A DNA stretch of 61,633 bases from a virus (lineage: Duplodnaviria; Caudoviricetes). This document shows, piece by piece, positions 9,548 to 20,327 of the stretch; within the stretch, counting starts at the first letter, position 1, and every line of letters begins with the position of its first letter. Both the position numbers and the translations under genes were made by a program. Below the pieces are notes generated by a model. The model was not told where the DNA came from. It saw only the letters and a program-made list of their open reading frames with translations, and did no database searches. The stretch lies in the IMG/VR virus record IMGVR_UViG_3300010234_000011, positions 1 through 61,633 of that record, one strand, 5' to 3'.

Positions 9548-12500
9548 ATGTCAGGCCGAGCCATTCCCAGAACGACGACGAACTGTCCCGCTGCGGCGTT
9601 AACTCCTCGATACGGCCTCGCAGCTTCGGGTTGAGGCGTACACCGCCCACCATCTCTCCCGTCGTCCGGTCGAATGACTTCTTGGACGCCTCTCTGGACT
9701 TGCGTGTGATTTGGTACTCCGGGTATTTTTGGTTAAACTCGTAGATATCCATCATCGCCATGTCGATGCCCGTGCCGTCCCCCGCCCTTCTGGCGACGTT
9801 CAAGCGACGCATCAGCTGGCTACGTTTATCTGTTATCGCTGTTTCTATACGCTTACCGGCGGAGTTGGCCTCTGCCGCCCGCACAACAGCCGCAGACCCA
9901 ATACCCATAGTCTGCATGGCAGCGAAACCGACGCCCATAGGGGTAATCATATCCCCGCGCGTGGATAGCGCCCCTCCCTCATCGTAATAGCGATACCCCC
10001 GCATCAGGTTACGTATCTGCGCGGGAACCAGTGCCTCCCACATACGCCAGTACTCCCCGTCGTCGTAGAGCCTAGACGCTCGACGCTGCATACCGAGAGT
10101 CAAACCCACGGCGGGGCCGCCTATCCCCTCCAGCACGTTGAAGATTGGCGACTGATCCCCCGTACCCAGCGGGGGTCGGTAAATAGCGCCGCCGAGGCCA
10201 ATACGGCCCGACAGCGCGCCGCCGGTCATGTAGTTGGCGAGGCCGTAGTATCCCAGCTCGCCGATGTTCATACGCGCTAGTTCCATGAGCGTAGGCTCGT
10301 CCTCGTCCGTGAGCAACATATCATATATAGCCGCCGCCCCGGTAAGTAAGGGCAGCCCGGCGATCCCACTAAGCGCGGTCAAGTGCGTGAGGATGGACGC
10401 AAACTGTATTTTCGCCGCACGGCGATCAAACACCGCCTGCTTGAACTGCATAGAGTCCGCTCCGAACTCTTTGCGTGCCGCATCCAGCTCCGCGGGGTCT
10501 AGGAACGCCTGCTTAAACGCCGTCGTGATGAGGTTAAGCATGGCCAGCGGGTGGCGCTTGAACATGTAGAATGGCGTCGCAGCGCCCGCGCCGAACCGCG
10601 GCGCTCCGGCAGCCGGTATCGTACCGTTCGTAAGTTCAGTATCCGCCACCGCACCTTTAGCCGCCAGATCGAGGTCCGCCTGCGTAAGTTTATCAGACAC
10701 CCTCATGGTGCCGTCTTCGCGAATGCGCTTGCCCCCGGCCATGGCCTTTAGACGAAGATCAAATGCAGCTATTGCAGTGGTCTCGCGGGTAAGTGACTCC
10801 GTAGTGTGCATCATCCACGCGCTGACCCGTGACACTTTCTGTGCCGTGCCTGCGTTCTCTATACTGTCCGCCTCTAGCACGTCATAGATTAGGGAGTCCG
10901 CGAACAGCCCAGCGCGTTCCATAGCGCGCGCTAGCGGACTATAGTGGTTCAGGCGGTTGTCCCCGGCCGCGTAGTTGGCAGTGGCATCGAAATCGCCGAG
11001 GGTGTAGTTCTCCAGCGACCGCCCGCCGAAATTGGTCCGCTCCGTCCGCGTGCCCACCGTGCCATCCGGCTTGATGTACTCAACCGTCCGCTCCTTGCCT
11101 GACGCACCAAGCACTTTCATAGCGTGGTTGATGGCTGCATACGTTGGGGTGTATCCATGTTCTGCAGCGAGGTACGGTGCGATGAACACAGGCATAGACG
11201 TGAGGTTCATTAGTGCCGACGACGGGTTCGCGCCCAACGTCCAGAGGTAGGCGACGGAGTTTACGCCGCGGACAAGGGCGTTCTTCTCTTTGTAGATATT
11301 CTTCATGTTGGGAACGATGGCCTCGATATAGCCGTCGATTTTATCCAGCTCTTGCATGGACGCGCCAGCCGCCGCCCGCGCATTGCGGTGCGCGTCCATC
11401 TCGCGTTCTACGGCCGCCGCCTGCGACCCAAATTCCACATTGGCCAGCTGCCGGTTCAGTAGTCCGCCCTTGCGCAGCATGGTGCTGATGACATCACTTG
11501 CCGAGTCGTCAATGACTCCCTGTAAGGATTCCGGCATACCATCTTTGTCCCCCTTAGCCCCCCGTACCCCCGTACGTTTCCTATAGGACTGCATAAGCGA
11601 TTGCTCCGGCATCATCGCCAGTGCTAGATCGCCGATACTCTTACGAAGCTCGGTCGCCAGCTCCGAGACTTGCTTCGGGTCTGCCCCCTCTAGGGGGGTA
11701 TCAGCGATCTTCTTCTGCACCTCGTTCATCGCCTCGTGGACAAACGTTAGGTCCAGCGCTCCAGACCTGCTCCCGCCACCGCGGCTCCACGGTGTGAGCG
11801 TAACCTCTATACTGGTCTGCTCGACCTTGTCGTCCTTTCTAAGGGCCGCGACTACGGCTTCCTGCTCCTGTCGACTCATAAACGCGTGCTTGACGATCTC
11901 GGGCGGCTGGTCCGGTTTTGGGTACATCTGATACGTAACCCAGTACCTCCCGTCGCGCACGAGGGGGACGTACGCTGTAAGCGACGCCTGATTGAATATT
12001 TTGTTGTACAACTCGTCGTACATGGTCCTCTGCAGCTTCTCTTGCCCCGGCAGAAGGAGTTCCAACTTCCGCTTCAGCACCCGGCCGGTCTCGCCGTGCA
12101 TGTACTTGTAGTAGCCAAGTACGTTGTCGTACGCGCGCTGGACCTCCGGCGAAAAGGCGTCGTACGTATCCCGTAGTTTCGTGTACTCACCGAGCATTTC
12201 GGTGTCCGGATCGTACGCCGTTCTAGCCTTATAAGACGCGCGCGTCTTATCGGGCAGGGCTGCGTTGTACGCATTCACTGCCGCAGTCCGCTCGGCGTCA
12301 GAGTCAGCGTACTTGTACACGAAATCACTCATAGCACCCGTAGCGTCTTCTGTGCGGTACCGCCAGCTGTACTTCTCAAACCGCTTCGTGGCGTCCGCCC
12401 GCGACCAGCGAGGATCAATCTCCAGCCGCGATGCCTTGACGGTAAACTCGTTAAACGCCTTACGGGCAGACGCATCTAGGGGTTCCAGATCGCGGGCGAC

Positions 12501-15500
12501 GTCGTCGGCCATACGCTTGAGTTTCTCGTTTCTGCGCATGACGGTCTGGTGATGGTCGGTGACTACAGCCCATGCCTTCGCCGCCATAGGAAGCACGTCC
12601 TTGGCGTACTGAGTAAGGCTACGGAGCGGGACTACGAGACCCCGCCACACGCTGCCTACCTGCTTCGGCATCGGGGAGCGCGCTATAGTGCGCTGGATAG
12701 CGTCGAAGTTATCCTTCGCCAGCTCTGGGGCTGCGTCGTACGCGGACCGCATTACTCTACTCATGACCTTCGGGTCCGCCATAGAAGAAAATCGCGGTGT
12801 AGCGGTGTTCATCTCTGCCCCGACAGGGACGGCGGAAAGGATGCCGTCCACCAGCTCCGCGATCTCGTCAGTGGCCGCAATACCAGTTTCCGGGGTGGGG
12901 TACTTGCGCGGCTGCATCCCCATAATGCGCCTGATGAAGCCCTCCATTACCCGCTTCACCTTAGTGAGTAGACTTATCTCACTGTCCCGTTCCGCCATCA
13001 TGTCCAGCGCTTCTTGGAACCGCCCGTTAGTGAGGGCTTCGGCGGTAAACTCGTGCACATCCGTCAAGCTGGTGGACAGGTCCTCCTCCACCTGCAGTGA
13101 TGCAGCGGACTTCATGATGTTTTCCAGCCGTCGTCGCACCGGGCTGCTTGGTTTCTGCAGCTCGCTCTCGGTCGCCATGTGCACCGCTTCGTGCAGTAGC
13201 ACTGACTCATAGTCCTGCGCCCGCTCCGCTATCAGCATGGTGTTGGTGTCCGGCGTGAACGACCCGTAGGCGTACTTGTCGGAGAGGCCCCGGCGCAGGC
13301 GCGGGTCCGTGTCAGATACAACTTCGACCGTCGTGTTTCCGGTGTATTTGGACAGCTTAGACGCCAACTTCTTCATGCGTGCGTTACGTGCCGTGTAGCC
13401 CAGATGCTCAAGGGCCGCGGTCAGGTTCCCGGCGCGTAGGGCAGCACGTGCAAACGGGTGCAGGGGCGCGCGCAGAGAGGCGTGAACGGATTTTCGGCCG
13501 AGCTTCGCGGCATATTCGTCAGCACGCTGGTAGTTACCGTCCGTAGTGGCTGCGTCGGCCTCGGCCTTCGCCGCGTTCTCCTCCTGCTTCAGCGCCGCTA
13601 TCTGGGCCTCTAGGTCCGCTATCCTCGTAGCATCCGACCAACCAGACTGCTCCTGCTCCATCTGGAGGTCAATCTCCAGCTCGGTAATCCGCGCTGCGAT
13701 ATTCCTCGCGGCGGCTACGTCCTCTGGGGTCCCCACCGTGTAGTGGTGCTTCGCACGGCGGTCTAGGAATGTAATTGCGTCTGCGGACAGGTTATCGCGG
13801 ACCCACTCCTCTGCGACCTTCGCGCTCATTTTTGTGAGTCCGTCGTACAGCTTGGGGCCTTCAGCCGTCCCGACCTCTGACGCTTGGTTAGCGATTATCA
13901 CATCCAGCGCCGTTTCCGGCTTCGAGAACCGGGTAAAGAATCGCTGCGGCGCGAGAGTGCCCTCTTTCGCCGTCCCGCCCACCAACGCAATCAGCGCGTC
14001 ATAGTCACTTTCGGTAAGGGGGTCGAGCAACCCAGCTGTGTCCTCCTCGATGGCGTCCAGAAGTTCCCGCTCAGTAGGAGAAAGCGTGTCGTACCACTTA
14101 TTCCGACTGTCTGCGCCGACGCCCCGAAGTCTACCGCGCTTCTGGGCTTTGGGTGACGGGGCAGGTGCCTGCGCCGTACGAGGCGCACCTTGCACTTGCG
14201 CGGACGTTGGCTGCATATCGTTTGCATACGCAGTAACGGGGTTACGTACCCCACCGCCGAGCGCGTCCCGATTCCGCGCTTCCGGCTTGGCGGCCCACTG
14301 GTTCCCCCGGACCAGTGGCGCTTTACCTTTGTTGCTCTGGGCAAACGCGGAAGGGGCGGTCGTGGTCTCGGCATCTGGCGCAGCGTCTGGCGCGGTCGTG
14401 GTTTCGGCATCTGGCGCAGCGTCTGACGCAGTCGTGGTTTCTGTCTGGGGGTCCGCTATTGTTTTCCACCCCCCTAGAGCGGTAACGTCTTCGGGCGTTA
14501 GGACAATCTCTGTAGTCGGCTTGAAATCGTTATCCGCTGCGTACTCCAAACGGTCGTCGCCTTTGGGCATATCTATATAGCGTAGGGGGCCGCCGTCGCC
14601 CGCGAAGCCTTCCGCCCTCTCCCGAGAAGAAGTAACTGTATTTCCTAGCTTCGTTCCGTCGCTTGCAACATCGCCCCCATGGTACAGGCGAACATAGCCG
14701 TCGTCGGGATCCGCAGGTGCTGGCCCCACCGCAGGCGCGGCTTCTGGCTCCTCGAGCACATAGTTTTCCCAATCTTCTTCGGCCAGTGGCGCCAAAGCCC
14801 AGGGGCGCCGACTTCGGGGCGTCGGCGCCACTGGCGCAGGCGCGGCTTCTGGCTCCGCCGTAGGTTCGGCTTCGGCTTCGGCCACTGGCGCAGGCGCTGG
14901 TGCAGGCGCGGCTTCTGGCTCCGCCGTAGGTTCGGCTTCGGCTTCGGCTTCGGCCACTGGCGCAGGCGCAGGTGCAGGTGCAGGTGCAGGTGCAGGTGCA
15001 GGTGCAGGTGCAGGTGCAGGTGCAGGTTCGGCTTCGGCCACTGGCGCAGGCGCGGCTTCTGGCTCCGCCGTAGGTTCGGACGGCCATGGATTTAGCGTGC
15101 GCGATTTACCTCGCACGTAGGGAGGCACGAGGTTCGCCCTCTGAAGTCGGTTCATCAGATTAGTAGCTGGCCCCTGCGGTAGCCCCATTATCTCTCGTAG
15201 GGTCGGTATCGTCAGAGACTCGTACTCCTCCGTGTCCAGCGCCGCTGCGATTGTGTTGTATTCTTCCCGCAGATCGCCGTAGGCCACATTGGGAAAGCGG
15301 TACCCGCCAGTACTCGTCGTAGCTGCGGGTGCCCCAAGTTTAGCCGCTAGGGCTTCTGCGCGGCGGCTCCTGCCCAACGGTAGCGGTACGGAGCTACCAT
15401 CATCCGTATCCGGTTCAGCATCCGGCTCGGCATCCGGTTCGGCATCCGGTTCGGGTACGTCTTCCTTCGGGCCGCGGAACGGTCCCTGAACGGCACCGCC

Positions 15501-16400
15501 AAGACCGCCAAGAACAGCGGCACCAATGGCCACGTCGACGTATTCCGCAATGGCTTCGTCGTCGCCTATAGGCAGACCTGCCTGCGCGCGCTCTAGCAGC
15601 TGCTGTCCGACCTCTGTAGGAACTTCGGCGGCTACACCGCGAGCGCCGTACTGGCCTGTACGTACGAACAAATTTTTGGCTGACGGTAGTGGTACCCCCG
15701 ACCGCTGCAGACCCAGAAGTACCCGATCCGCCACAGAGTTCAGCGCGCCTTGCGCCACAGCGGTGGCTAGCGCCTTCCCGTATTCGCCGGGCTCTAGCGA
15801 CCGGCCGAGGACCTCCTCTTGGCGTTGAATGTTACTGCCAGCGAAGAGGGGAGAGACCATAGCCGTACCGCCCGCGATACCGCCCGCCAACGCACCCAAA
15901 GGGTTTCCGCCGGAAGCAATACCGCCCGCAATACCCCCGCCTACCGTTCCCGCTATACCTGCAATAGTATCCACAGCCGACCCGCCAGCCAGTTCGCCCG
16001 CGTAGGTAAGGGCCGAGGCGATGCTGTCAACGTCCTGACGAGATGTAGCAGGGGTAAGCCGACCAGCCTCCATGAGCTGTTCTTCGCGGGCGCTGGACTC
16101 CATGCCCGTACCCATACCCTCTAGCCAGTCAAAGTCCGCCTGCTCACCGGTACTGCGCAGCAGGGTACCAACCCTACCATAAGCGCCGGTCTTAGCCCGG
16201 TCCCATGCGCGCCCAAAGGCGGTGCCGTCATCATAGTCCTCGACGCCGTATTTGGCCTCGTAGTCGGCACGGAACTGAGCTTCCTGCGCCTCTACAAAAG
16301 CCTGCCCGCGAGCGGTCTCCGTAGCCGTTGGAGTGTCACCGTCGTATCTAAGCTCGTACGTGCGGCCACTATACGCACCGGGGACATATGCAGTGCCCAT
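9546..16400 (-). CDS. giant internal virion/ejection protein (large polyvalent protein) with zincin HExxH and PLxRFG-like motifs
   Basis: 2284 aa; last gene of the structural arm; LLHEAVHMAT...HEFTAEAL; YVPLVRDGRYWV; hydrophobic Gly/Ala helices; Pro/Ala/Glu linkers. Confidence 0.8.
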   Translation of the reverse strand: MGTAYVPGAYSGRTYELRYDGDTPTATETARGQAFVEAQEAQFRADYEAKYGVEDYDDGTAFGRAWDRAKTGAYGRVGTLLRSTGEQADFDWLEGMGTGMESSAREEQLMEAGRLTPATSRQDVDSIASALTYAGELAGGSAVDTIAGIAGTVGGGIAGGIASGGNPLGALAGGIAGGTAMVSPLFAGSNIQRQEEVLGRSLEPGEYGKALATAVAQGALNSVADRVLLGLQRSGVPLPSAKNLFVRTGQYGARGVAAEVPTEVGQQLLERAQAGLPIGDDEAIAEYVDVAIGAAVLGGLGGAVQGPFRGPKEDVPEPDAEPDAEPDAEPDTDDGSSVPLPLGRSRRAEALAAKLGAPAATTSTGGYRFPNVAYGDLREEYNTIAAALDTEEYESLTIPTLREIMGLPQGPATNLMNRLQRANLVPPYVRGKSRTLNPWPSEPTAEPEAAPAPVAEAEPAPAPAPAPAPAPAPAPAPAPAPVAEAEAEAEPTAEPEAAPAPAPAPVAEAEAEPTAEPEAAPAPVAPTPRSRRPWALAPLAEEDWENYVLEEPEAAPAVGPAPADPDDGYVRLYHGGDVASDGTKLGNTVTSSRERAEGFAGDGGPLRYIDMPKGDDRLEYAADNDFKPTTEIVLTPEDVTALGGWKTIADPQTETTTASDAAPDAETTTAPDAAPDAETTTAPSAFAQSNKGKAPLVRGNQWAAKPEARNRDALGGGVRNPVTAYANDMQPTSAQVQGAPRTAQAPAPSPKAQKRGRLRGVGADSRNKWYDTLSPTERELLDAIEEDTAGLLDPLTESDYDALIALVGGTAKEGTLAPQRFFTRFSKPETALDVIIANQASEVGTAEGPKLYDGLTKMSAKVAEEWVRDNLSADAITFLDRRAKHHYTVGTPEDVAAARNIAARITELEIDLQMEQEQSGWSDATRIADLEAQIAALKQEENAAKAEADAATTDGNYQRADEYAAKLGRKSVHASLRAPLHPFARAALRAGNLTAALEHLGYTARNARMKKLASKLSKYTGNTTVEVVSDTDPRLRRGLSDKYAYGSFTPDTNTMLIAERAQDYESVLLHEAVHMATESELQKPSSPVRRRLENIMKSAASLQVEEDLSTSLTDVHEFTAEALTNGRFQEALDMMAERDSEISLLTKVKRVMEGFIRRIMGMQPRKYPTPETGIAATDEIAELVDGILSAVPVGAEMNTATPRFSSMADPKVMSRVMRSAYDAAPELAKDNFDAIQRTIARSPMPKQVGSVWRGLVVPLRSLTQYAKDVLPMAAKAWAVVTDHHQTVMRRNEKLKRMADDVARDLEPLDASARKAFNEFTVKASRLEIDPRWSRADATKRFEKYSWRYRTEDATGAMSDFVYKYADSDAERTAAVNAYNAALPDKTRASYKARTAYDPDTEMLGEYTKLRDTYDAFSPEVQRAYDNVLGYYKYMHGETGRVLKRKLELLLPGQEKLQRTMYDELYNKIFNQASLTAYVPLVRDGRYWVTYQMYPKPDQPPEIVKHAFMSRQEQEAVVAALRKDDKVEQTSIEVTLTPWSRGGGSRSGALDLTFVHEAMNEVQKKIADTPLEGADPKQVSELATELRKSIGDLALAMMPEQSLMQSYRKRTGVRGAKGDKDGMPESLQGVIDDSASDVISTMLRKGGLLNRQLANVEFGSQAAAVEREMDAHRNARAAAGASMQELDKIDGYIEAIVPNMKNIYKEKNALVRGVNSVAYLWTLGANPSSALMNLTSMPVFIAPYLAAEHGYTPTYAAINHAMKVLGASGKERTVEYIKPDGTVGTRTERTNFGGRSLENYTLGDFDATANYAAGDNRLNHYSPLARAMERAGLFADSLIYDVLEADSIENAGTAQKVSRVSAWMMHTTESLTRETTAIAAFDLRLKAMAGGKRIREDGTMRVSDKLTQADLDLAAKGAVADTELTNGTIPAAGAPRFGAGAATPFYMFKRHPLAMLNLITTAFKQAFLDPAELDAARKEFGADSMQFKQAVFDRRAAKIQFASILTHLTALSGIAGLPLLTGAAAIYDMLLTDEDEPTLMELARMNIGELGYYGLANYMTGGALSGRIGLGGAIYRPPLGTGDQSPIFNVLEGIGGPAVGLTLGMQRRASRLYDDGEYWRMWEALVPAQIRNLMRGYRYYDEGGALSTRGDMITPMGVGFAAMQTMGIGSAAVVRAAEANSAGKRIETAITDKRSQLMRRLNVARRAGDGTGIDMAMMDIYEFNQKYPEYQITRKSREASKKSFDRTTGEMVGGVRLNPKLRGRIEELTPQRDSSSSFWEWLGLT
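14730..15080. repeat. Pro/Ala/Glu-rich coding repeats, including perfect (GCAGGT)x10 at 14968-15027
   Basis: Encodes (AP)n and EPTAEPEAAPAP repeats in the giant protein. Confidence 0.9.
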
Positions 16401-17632
16401 TACGCCGCCCTACCGTCGCCGATCTCGCCTACTACGGTGCCCCCACCGCCCCCGCCGAAGTTGATCCGGAGCGCCCTATTCACAACGTCCTTGAGACTCC
16501 GTAGCTCCTCCTCTGCCGTAATGCGCCCGGTGCGGCTTAATCCCGTGCTGCTGCCGGGGGGGATCGACAGCTTACCTTCCAGCTCCGAGATGCGTTCGAA
16601 TACTGGTCCTAAAGCGGGGTCGTACTCGCCTTTCGCCGTGGCTGCCAACCGCGCTATCTCCAGTTTCTTCCGCTCGATATCGAGAAGTTCGTCTTTGCGG
16701 TTCTTCTCGTCAACACGCGCCCGCCCGTCGATAAGGGCCGCTATGCCTTCTGATATGGCGGGACCGAAATCATTAGGGTTCCCGCTGGCCAGCTTCGCGC
16801 CACCGGCCGCTAGGGCCAGCCAGTCATTGTATTTCTCCGGCTCCACACCAGCGAACGGCCCACCGACAGTGTCGGGGTCTTCGGCAGGCGCGGGTTCAAC
16901 CTCAGGGTCAACCATGATGATTTCCTCGTCGGCGTCGAAGTAATCGGCGGGCATAGGGGGCCCCTCCATGGGGGGAAGGGGGAGCCGCAGCGGGTACGAA
17001 CCAGCATCGTCTATTTCGTCCCCGGTTATACTACCGAGTCTATCTATGTACGCTTCACGCTCCGCGGGAGACATATCTCGAAGTTCTGGGGCATTGGACA
17101 CCTCCGCCGCGGCAGCTGCGCGCGCCGCTTTCGCCTCTGGGGTCAGGGTACTAGGGTCGCTGTAGTCTATAGGGTTACCATCAGTCATATCTATGCCCGC
17201 GTTCCATATTGCGCGCGAGGGGTCATAGGAAAACATCTTCCACCACGGGCGTTTGGGCTCTACCTTCTGGCTCCCCAGTTCCATAATCTCTTCCAGCGTC
17301 AACACGTCACTTACACTTGACCCGGGGCCCCCGCCATACATACCATCCGCAGCGCGGATCGTCGGAGGGGGAGCCATGGCACCTGCCATGTCCTTGAGGC
17401 CGCCGGGGGGCATACCACTCTGGGCCACACGCGCTAGGAGGCTGGCCGCAACAGTCGGCTCCGGAGGACGAGGATGTCGCTGCATCGCACTCACGCGCTG
17501 GCGTTTACCTAGCTCCGCCATGGCCATAAATTTAGGTATCTGGCCGGGAGGCCCCTGCATGATAGCAGCCACCTGCTCATCAGACATACTACCCAACGCC
17601 TCTTCGCCGCCGTACATACTTGTGATACTCAT
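16400..17632 (-). CDS. putative internal virion protein
   Basis: 410 aa; overlaps both neighbours in the ejection-protein block. Confidence 0.6.
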   Translation of the reverse strand: MSITSMYGGEEALGSMSDEQVAAIMQGPPGQIPKFMAMAELGKRQRVSAMQRHPRPPEPTVAASLLARVAQSGMPPGGLKDMAGAMAPPPTIRAADGMYGGGPGSSVSDVLTLEEIMELGSQKVEPKRPWWKMFSYDPSRAIWNAGIDMTDGNPIDYSDPSTLTPEAKAARAAAAAEVSNAPELRDMSPAEREAYIDRLGSITGDEIDDAGSYPLRLPLPPMEGPPMPADYFDADEEIIMVDPEVEPAPAEDPDTVGGPFAGVEPEKYNDWLALAAGGAKLASGNPNDFGPAISEGIAALIDGRARVDEKNRKDELLDIERKKLEIARLAATAKGEYDPALGPVFERISELEGKLSIPPGSSTGLSRTGRITAEEELRSLKDVVNRALRINFGGGGGGTVVGEIGDGRAA

Positions 17633-18612
17633 CCCTGAAGCCCCCTGTACAATCCAACCCCGGCGATGCCGGTACCTAGCAGCTGCTGCAGCGGGTTATA
17701 TGGCGTGTATCCTATTTGCGTAGAGCTGGGCTGTACCGGCACGCCGGACATTATGCCGGACATGAGGCCGAGCTGCTGCTCCGGATACGCCGTTTGTCTA
17801 ACAAAGTCCTCGTACGCCAGATCGAGCCCTTGCTGTTGTTCTCCTTGCTGGGAACGCCCGATAGTCTCCAGAAGCTGCGCATTCTGGATGTCGCCTGCGC
17901 GGGCCATTTCGCCGAACCCGACGAGGCGGTTAAGCTGGTCTCCGCTATACCCCATAGCGCCGAGTTTAGCCTGCATAGACGCGACATTTTCACCCGCTTG
18001 GGACTGTTGACGGGCGAGTTCGGCGGCGCGATCCGCGTCGAACCCGACTTGCGCCTGCTGGTAGGCATTTTGTAGTCCGATAGCATCCATCTCGGTCATA
18101 CGGTCGAGCAGCCCGCGTTGGGCCACGCCTTCCTCCACAAATCTACGTGATCCGCCGAACGCACCTGCCTGCGCCGCGGCGGTGTTGCGGGCCCCCGCCA
18201 GCTCGTTGAAGTCGCGCGTCGCCCGGCTTTTCTGGGTGTCGAGCACGTTCTGGATGTACGGAGACATATAATCGGACGCCACGCCGGGGTCTATGAAGTC
18301 TTGGCGGGGGCCGTACTGGTACGGATTAGTGTTGTCGGCCATCTGCTGCGCTTGCGTAGCCTGCGCTGCTACCCCCTGTGTGGCCTGCGGTAGCCCGGCG
18401 ATGCCGGTACCCGCGATTTTTCGCGTGAGATCACGCGACGCATTTATGTCACCGCCGGGTTGCGCGATGCGCTGCCCGCCGTATGCCTGATACGGAGAAA
18501 GAGACTGCGCCTCAGTACGGTCCATAAGCCGTTTGTAGTACGGCTCCGCGTACTCCGGCAGGTTCGTCTGAATCGTCGTCGTCTCTGAGGGAGCGCTACC
18601 ACCTTTACTCAT
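17629..18612 (-). CDS. putative internal virion / DNA-transfer (pilot) protein
   Basis: MSKGG..TT..T.LPEYA start, YMSPY..NV, AGAFGGSR, Gln/Ala-rich helices, hydrophobic Gly-rich C-terminus. Confidence 0.7.
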   Translation of the reverse strand: MSKGGSAPSETTTIQTNLPEYAEPYYKRLMDRTEAQSLSPYQAYGGQRIAQPGGDINASRDLTRKIAGTGIAGLPQATQGVAAQATQAQQMADNTNPYQYGPRQDFIDPGVASDYMSPYIQNVLDTQKSRATRDFNELAGARNTAAAQAGAFGGSRRFVEEGVAQRGLLDRMTEMDAIGLQNAYQQAQVGFDADRAAELARQQSQAGENVASMQAKLGAMGYSGDQLNRLVGFGEMARAGDIQNAQLLETIGRSQQGEQQQGLDLAYEDFVRQTAYPEQQLGLMSGIMSGVPVQPSSTQIGYTPYNPLQQLLGTGIAGVGLYRGLQG

Positions 18613-19045
18613 CGGACAAATCCTTCTTGTAGGTCATATACGCAGGTTCCCAGCCGTGCGGCTGCATCCAACGCTCCCATGCCTTGCGGCCATATCCCTG
18701 CAGCTGCGTACAGCTGTTATCCCGTGCATACCGCTCCAACACATCCATAGTCAATTCTAGCCACTCGGACATCTTACCGCCGCCGACCCAATCCATTGCC
18801 AGCACGCGCTTTTCCGGCAGGTCCATTATCCGGGTAGTGAACGCCGCCACTGGCGTATCTCCATTCTCTAGAGCGACCCATAGGCCCAGCGTACCCTCCA
18901 TGAGATCGTTACGGATCGAATCCGTCGTGTACCCGCCCGGCGACGTGTCGACCGCCTTCTGCAGCATCGGGGCCACTGTATCCCATACAAACCCCACAGC
19001 CGGAGCCGGAACGGCGCTTATGCTTATGTTGGCGGCGATGTTCAT
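18605..19045 (-). CDS. GNAT-like protein of the virion block (T7 gp13-like position)
   Basis: WVGG..M..W...YAR...C......GRKAW.R pattern. Confidence 0.6.
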   Translation of the reverse strand: MNIAANISISAVPAPAVGFVWDTVAPMLQKAVDTSPGGYTTDSIRNDLMEGTLGLWVALENGDTPVAAFTTRIMDLPEKRVLAMDWVGGGKMSEWLELTMDVLERYARDNSCTQLQGYGRKAWERWMQPHGWEPAYMTYKKDLSDE

Positions 19046-20280
19046 GCTGCCATAAGAATTTCTGCCAGCCCAGCAAGTTTTGCTGCTCCAGCGCTACGGT
19101 CTCCCGCACCAGCGGCGCGTACCGCCTCCGCGGGGATTACAACCTCACCGTCATCTAGGAGGACGTGTTGCTCCGACCCCACCTGTCCTCCCGCGCTAGC
19201 AAGCTGCGTAGGCGGCGCAGCAGGGAGGGACGCGGGTATCATATCCGTCGCTCCGGCCCCTTCAACCATGCGCGTGCCGGACGGGCCCATAGGCGTGACT
19301 TCGGCGGGGGCACCCCCGCTCTCCACCTGTTCCACAAGCGCCATAAGTGCATCTTCGCCGTGCACCTGAACGAACTGCATTAGCACCGGCTCCGCCATCT
19401 CCGCGGGTAGCTCCCCACGCAGCGCGGCGTAGGCCATCGTGACGAGGTCCCGGTCGCTTGGCATCTCAGTACCCTGTGCGGCAATATCTGCTACACCGCC
19501 GGGAGATAACGGGACCGAGCCACCGGGAGTATCTACCATGTAACCGCCGGTATTAGCATACATCGTAGATGGTGCGGGATATCGGTCAGAGTAGTAGTAG
19601 TGCTCCGGATCAACCCCCGGCCGATACCCGGCAGGAGCAGGTTGGTACGTACGCTCTGCAGGGGGCGACTGGCCAACCCACTCACGTTCTTCTTCCTCCA
19701 ATCCGGGCATATTAGGATACAGTAGCCCCGGTCCGAGCGCCGCACCCAACGCTGCCGGTGTCCGGCTCCCCCATGGCCCTGTAGCGCCTGCCATTAGTCG
19801 GTCTGCCCACATCCCCTGCGTACCAGCGCCCGGTGCGCCTCCCTGCAGTCCCGTTGCGGTGCTCGTGAGGTACTTACTCATCAGAGTGTCCCCGGCGGGG
19901 GCTGCGGACGCGCCTACCGGCGGATTGGAGCTCCATATGGCGGGATCGCCCGCCCCTGCCATAGGATTAGCCGGAGCACCATTGGCGAACAGAGCTGGAT
20001 CGCCCATTCCCGGCTGAATGACGGCCCCTGTTGCCGGGTCAACCGCCAGACCAGCGCCGGGATTACCGCCCATGCCCATCGCTTGCCCTAGTTTACCCAT
20101 GCCCCAGCCGATACCGTAGCCCGTAATGCCTTTCTTCAGCGCGTCACCTACGCTGTCGCCTTGCAGCAGCGAGCCGATGCCGGTTCCGATAGACCCCGCC
20201 AGAAGGGGGCTCATTGTACCTAGCATACCGGCCCCGGAGGCAGCGGAACCCAGCAAGCTCAGAATCATAGGAAGTGCCAT
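19042..20280 (-). CDS. putative internal virion/ejection protein
   Basis: Hydrophobic Gly-rich N-terminus; C-terminal G.G..D.IPA...L.DGE.VIPA.AV motif. Confidence 0.65.
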   Translation of the reverse strand: MALPMILSLLGSAASGAGMLGTMSPLLAGSIGTGIGSLLQGDSVGDALKKGITGYGIGWGMGKLGQAMGMGGNPGAGLAVDPATGAVIQPGMGDPALFANGAPANPMAGAGDPAIWSSNPPVGASAAPAGDTLMSKYLTSTATGLQGGAPGAGTQGMWADRLMAGATGPWGSRTPAALGAALGPGLLYPNMPGLEEEEREWVGQSPPAERTYQPAPAGYRPGVDPEHYYYSDRYPAPSTMYANTGGYMVDTPGGSVPLSPGGVADIAAQGTEMPSDRDLVTMAYAALRGELPAEMAEPVLMQFVQVHGEDALMALVEQVESGGAPAEVTPMGPSGTRMVEGAGATDMIPASLPAAPPTQLASAGGQVGSEQHVLLDDGEVVIPAEAVRAAGAGDRSAGAAKLAGLAEILMAA

Positions 20281-20327
20281 ACCAGAACCTTCTCAGTGCT
20301 ACACAGTTATAGTCTACGTAAAATAGC

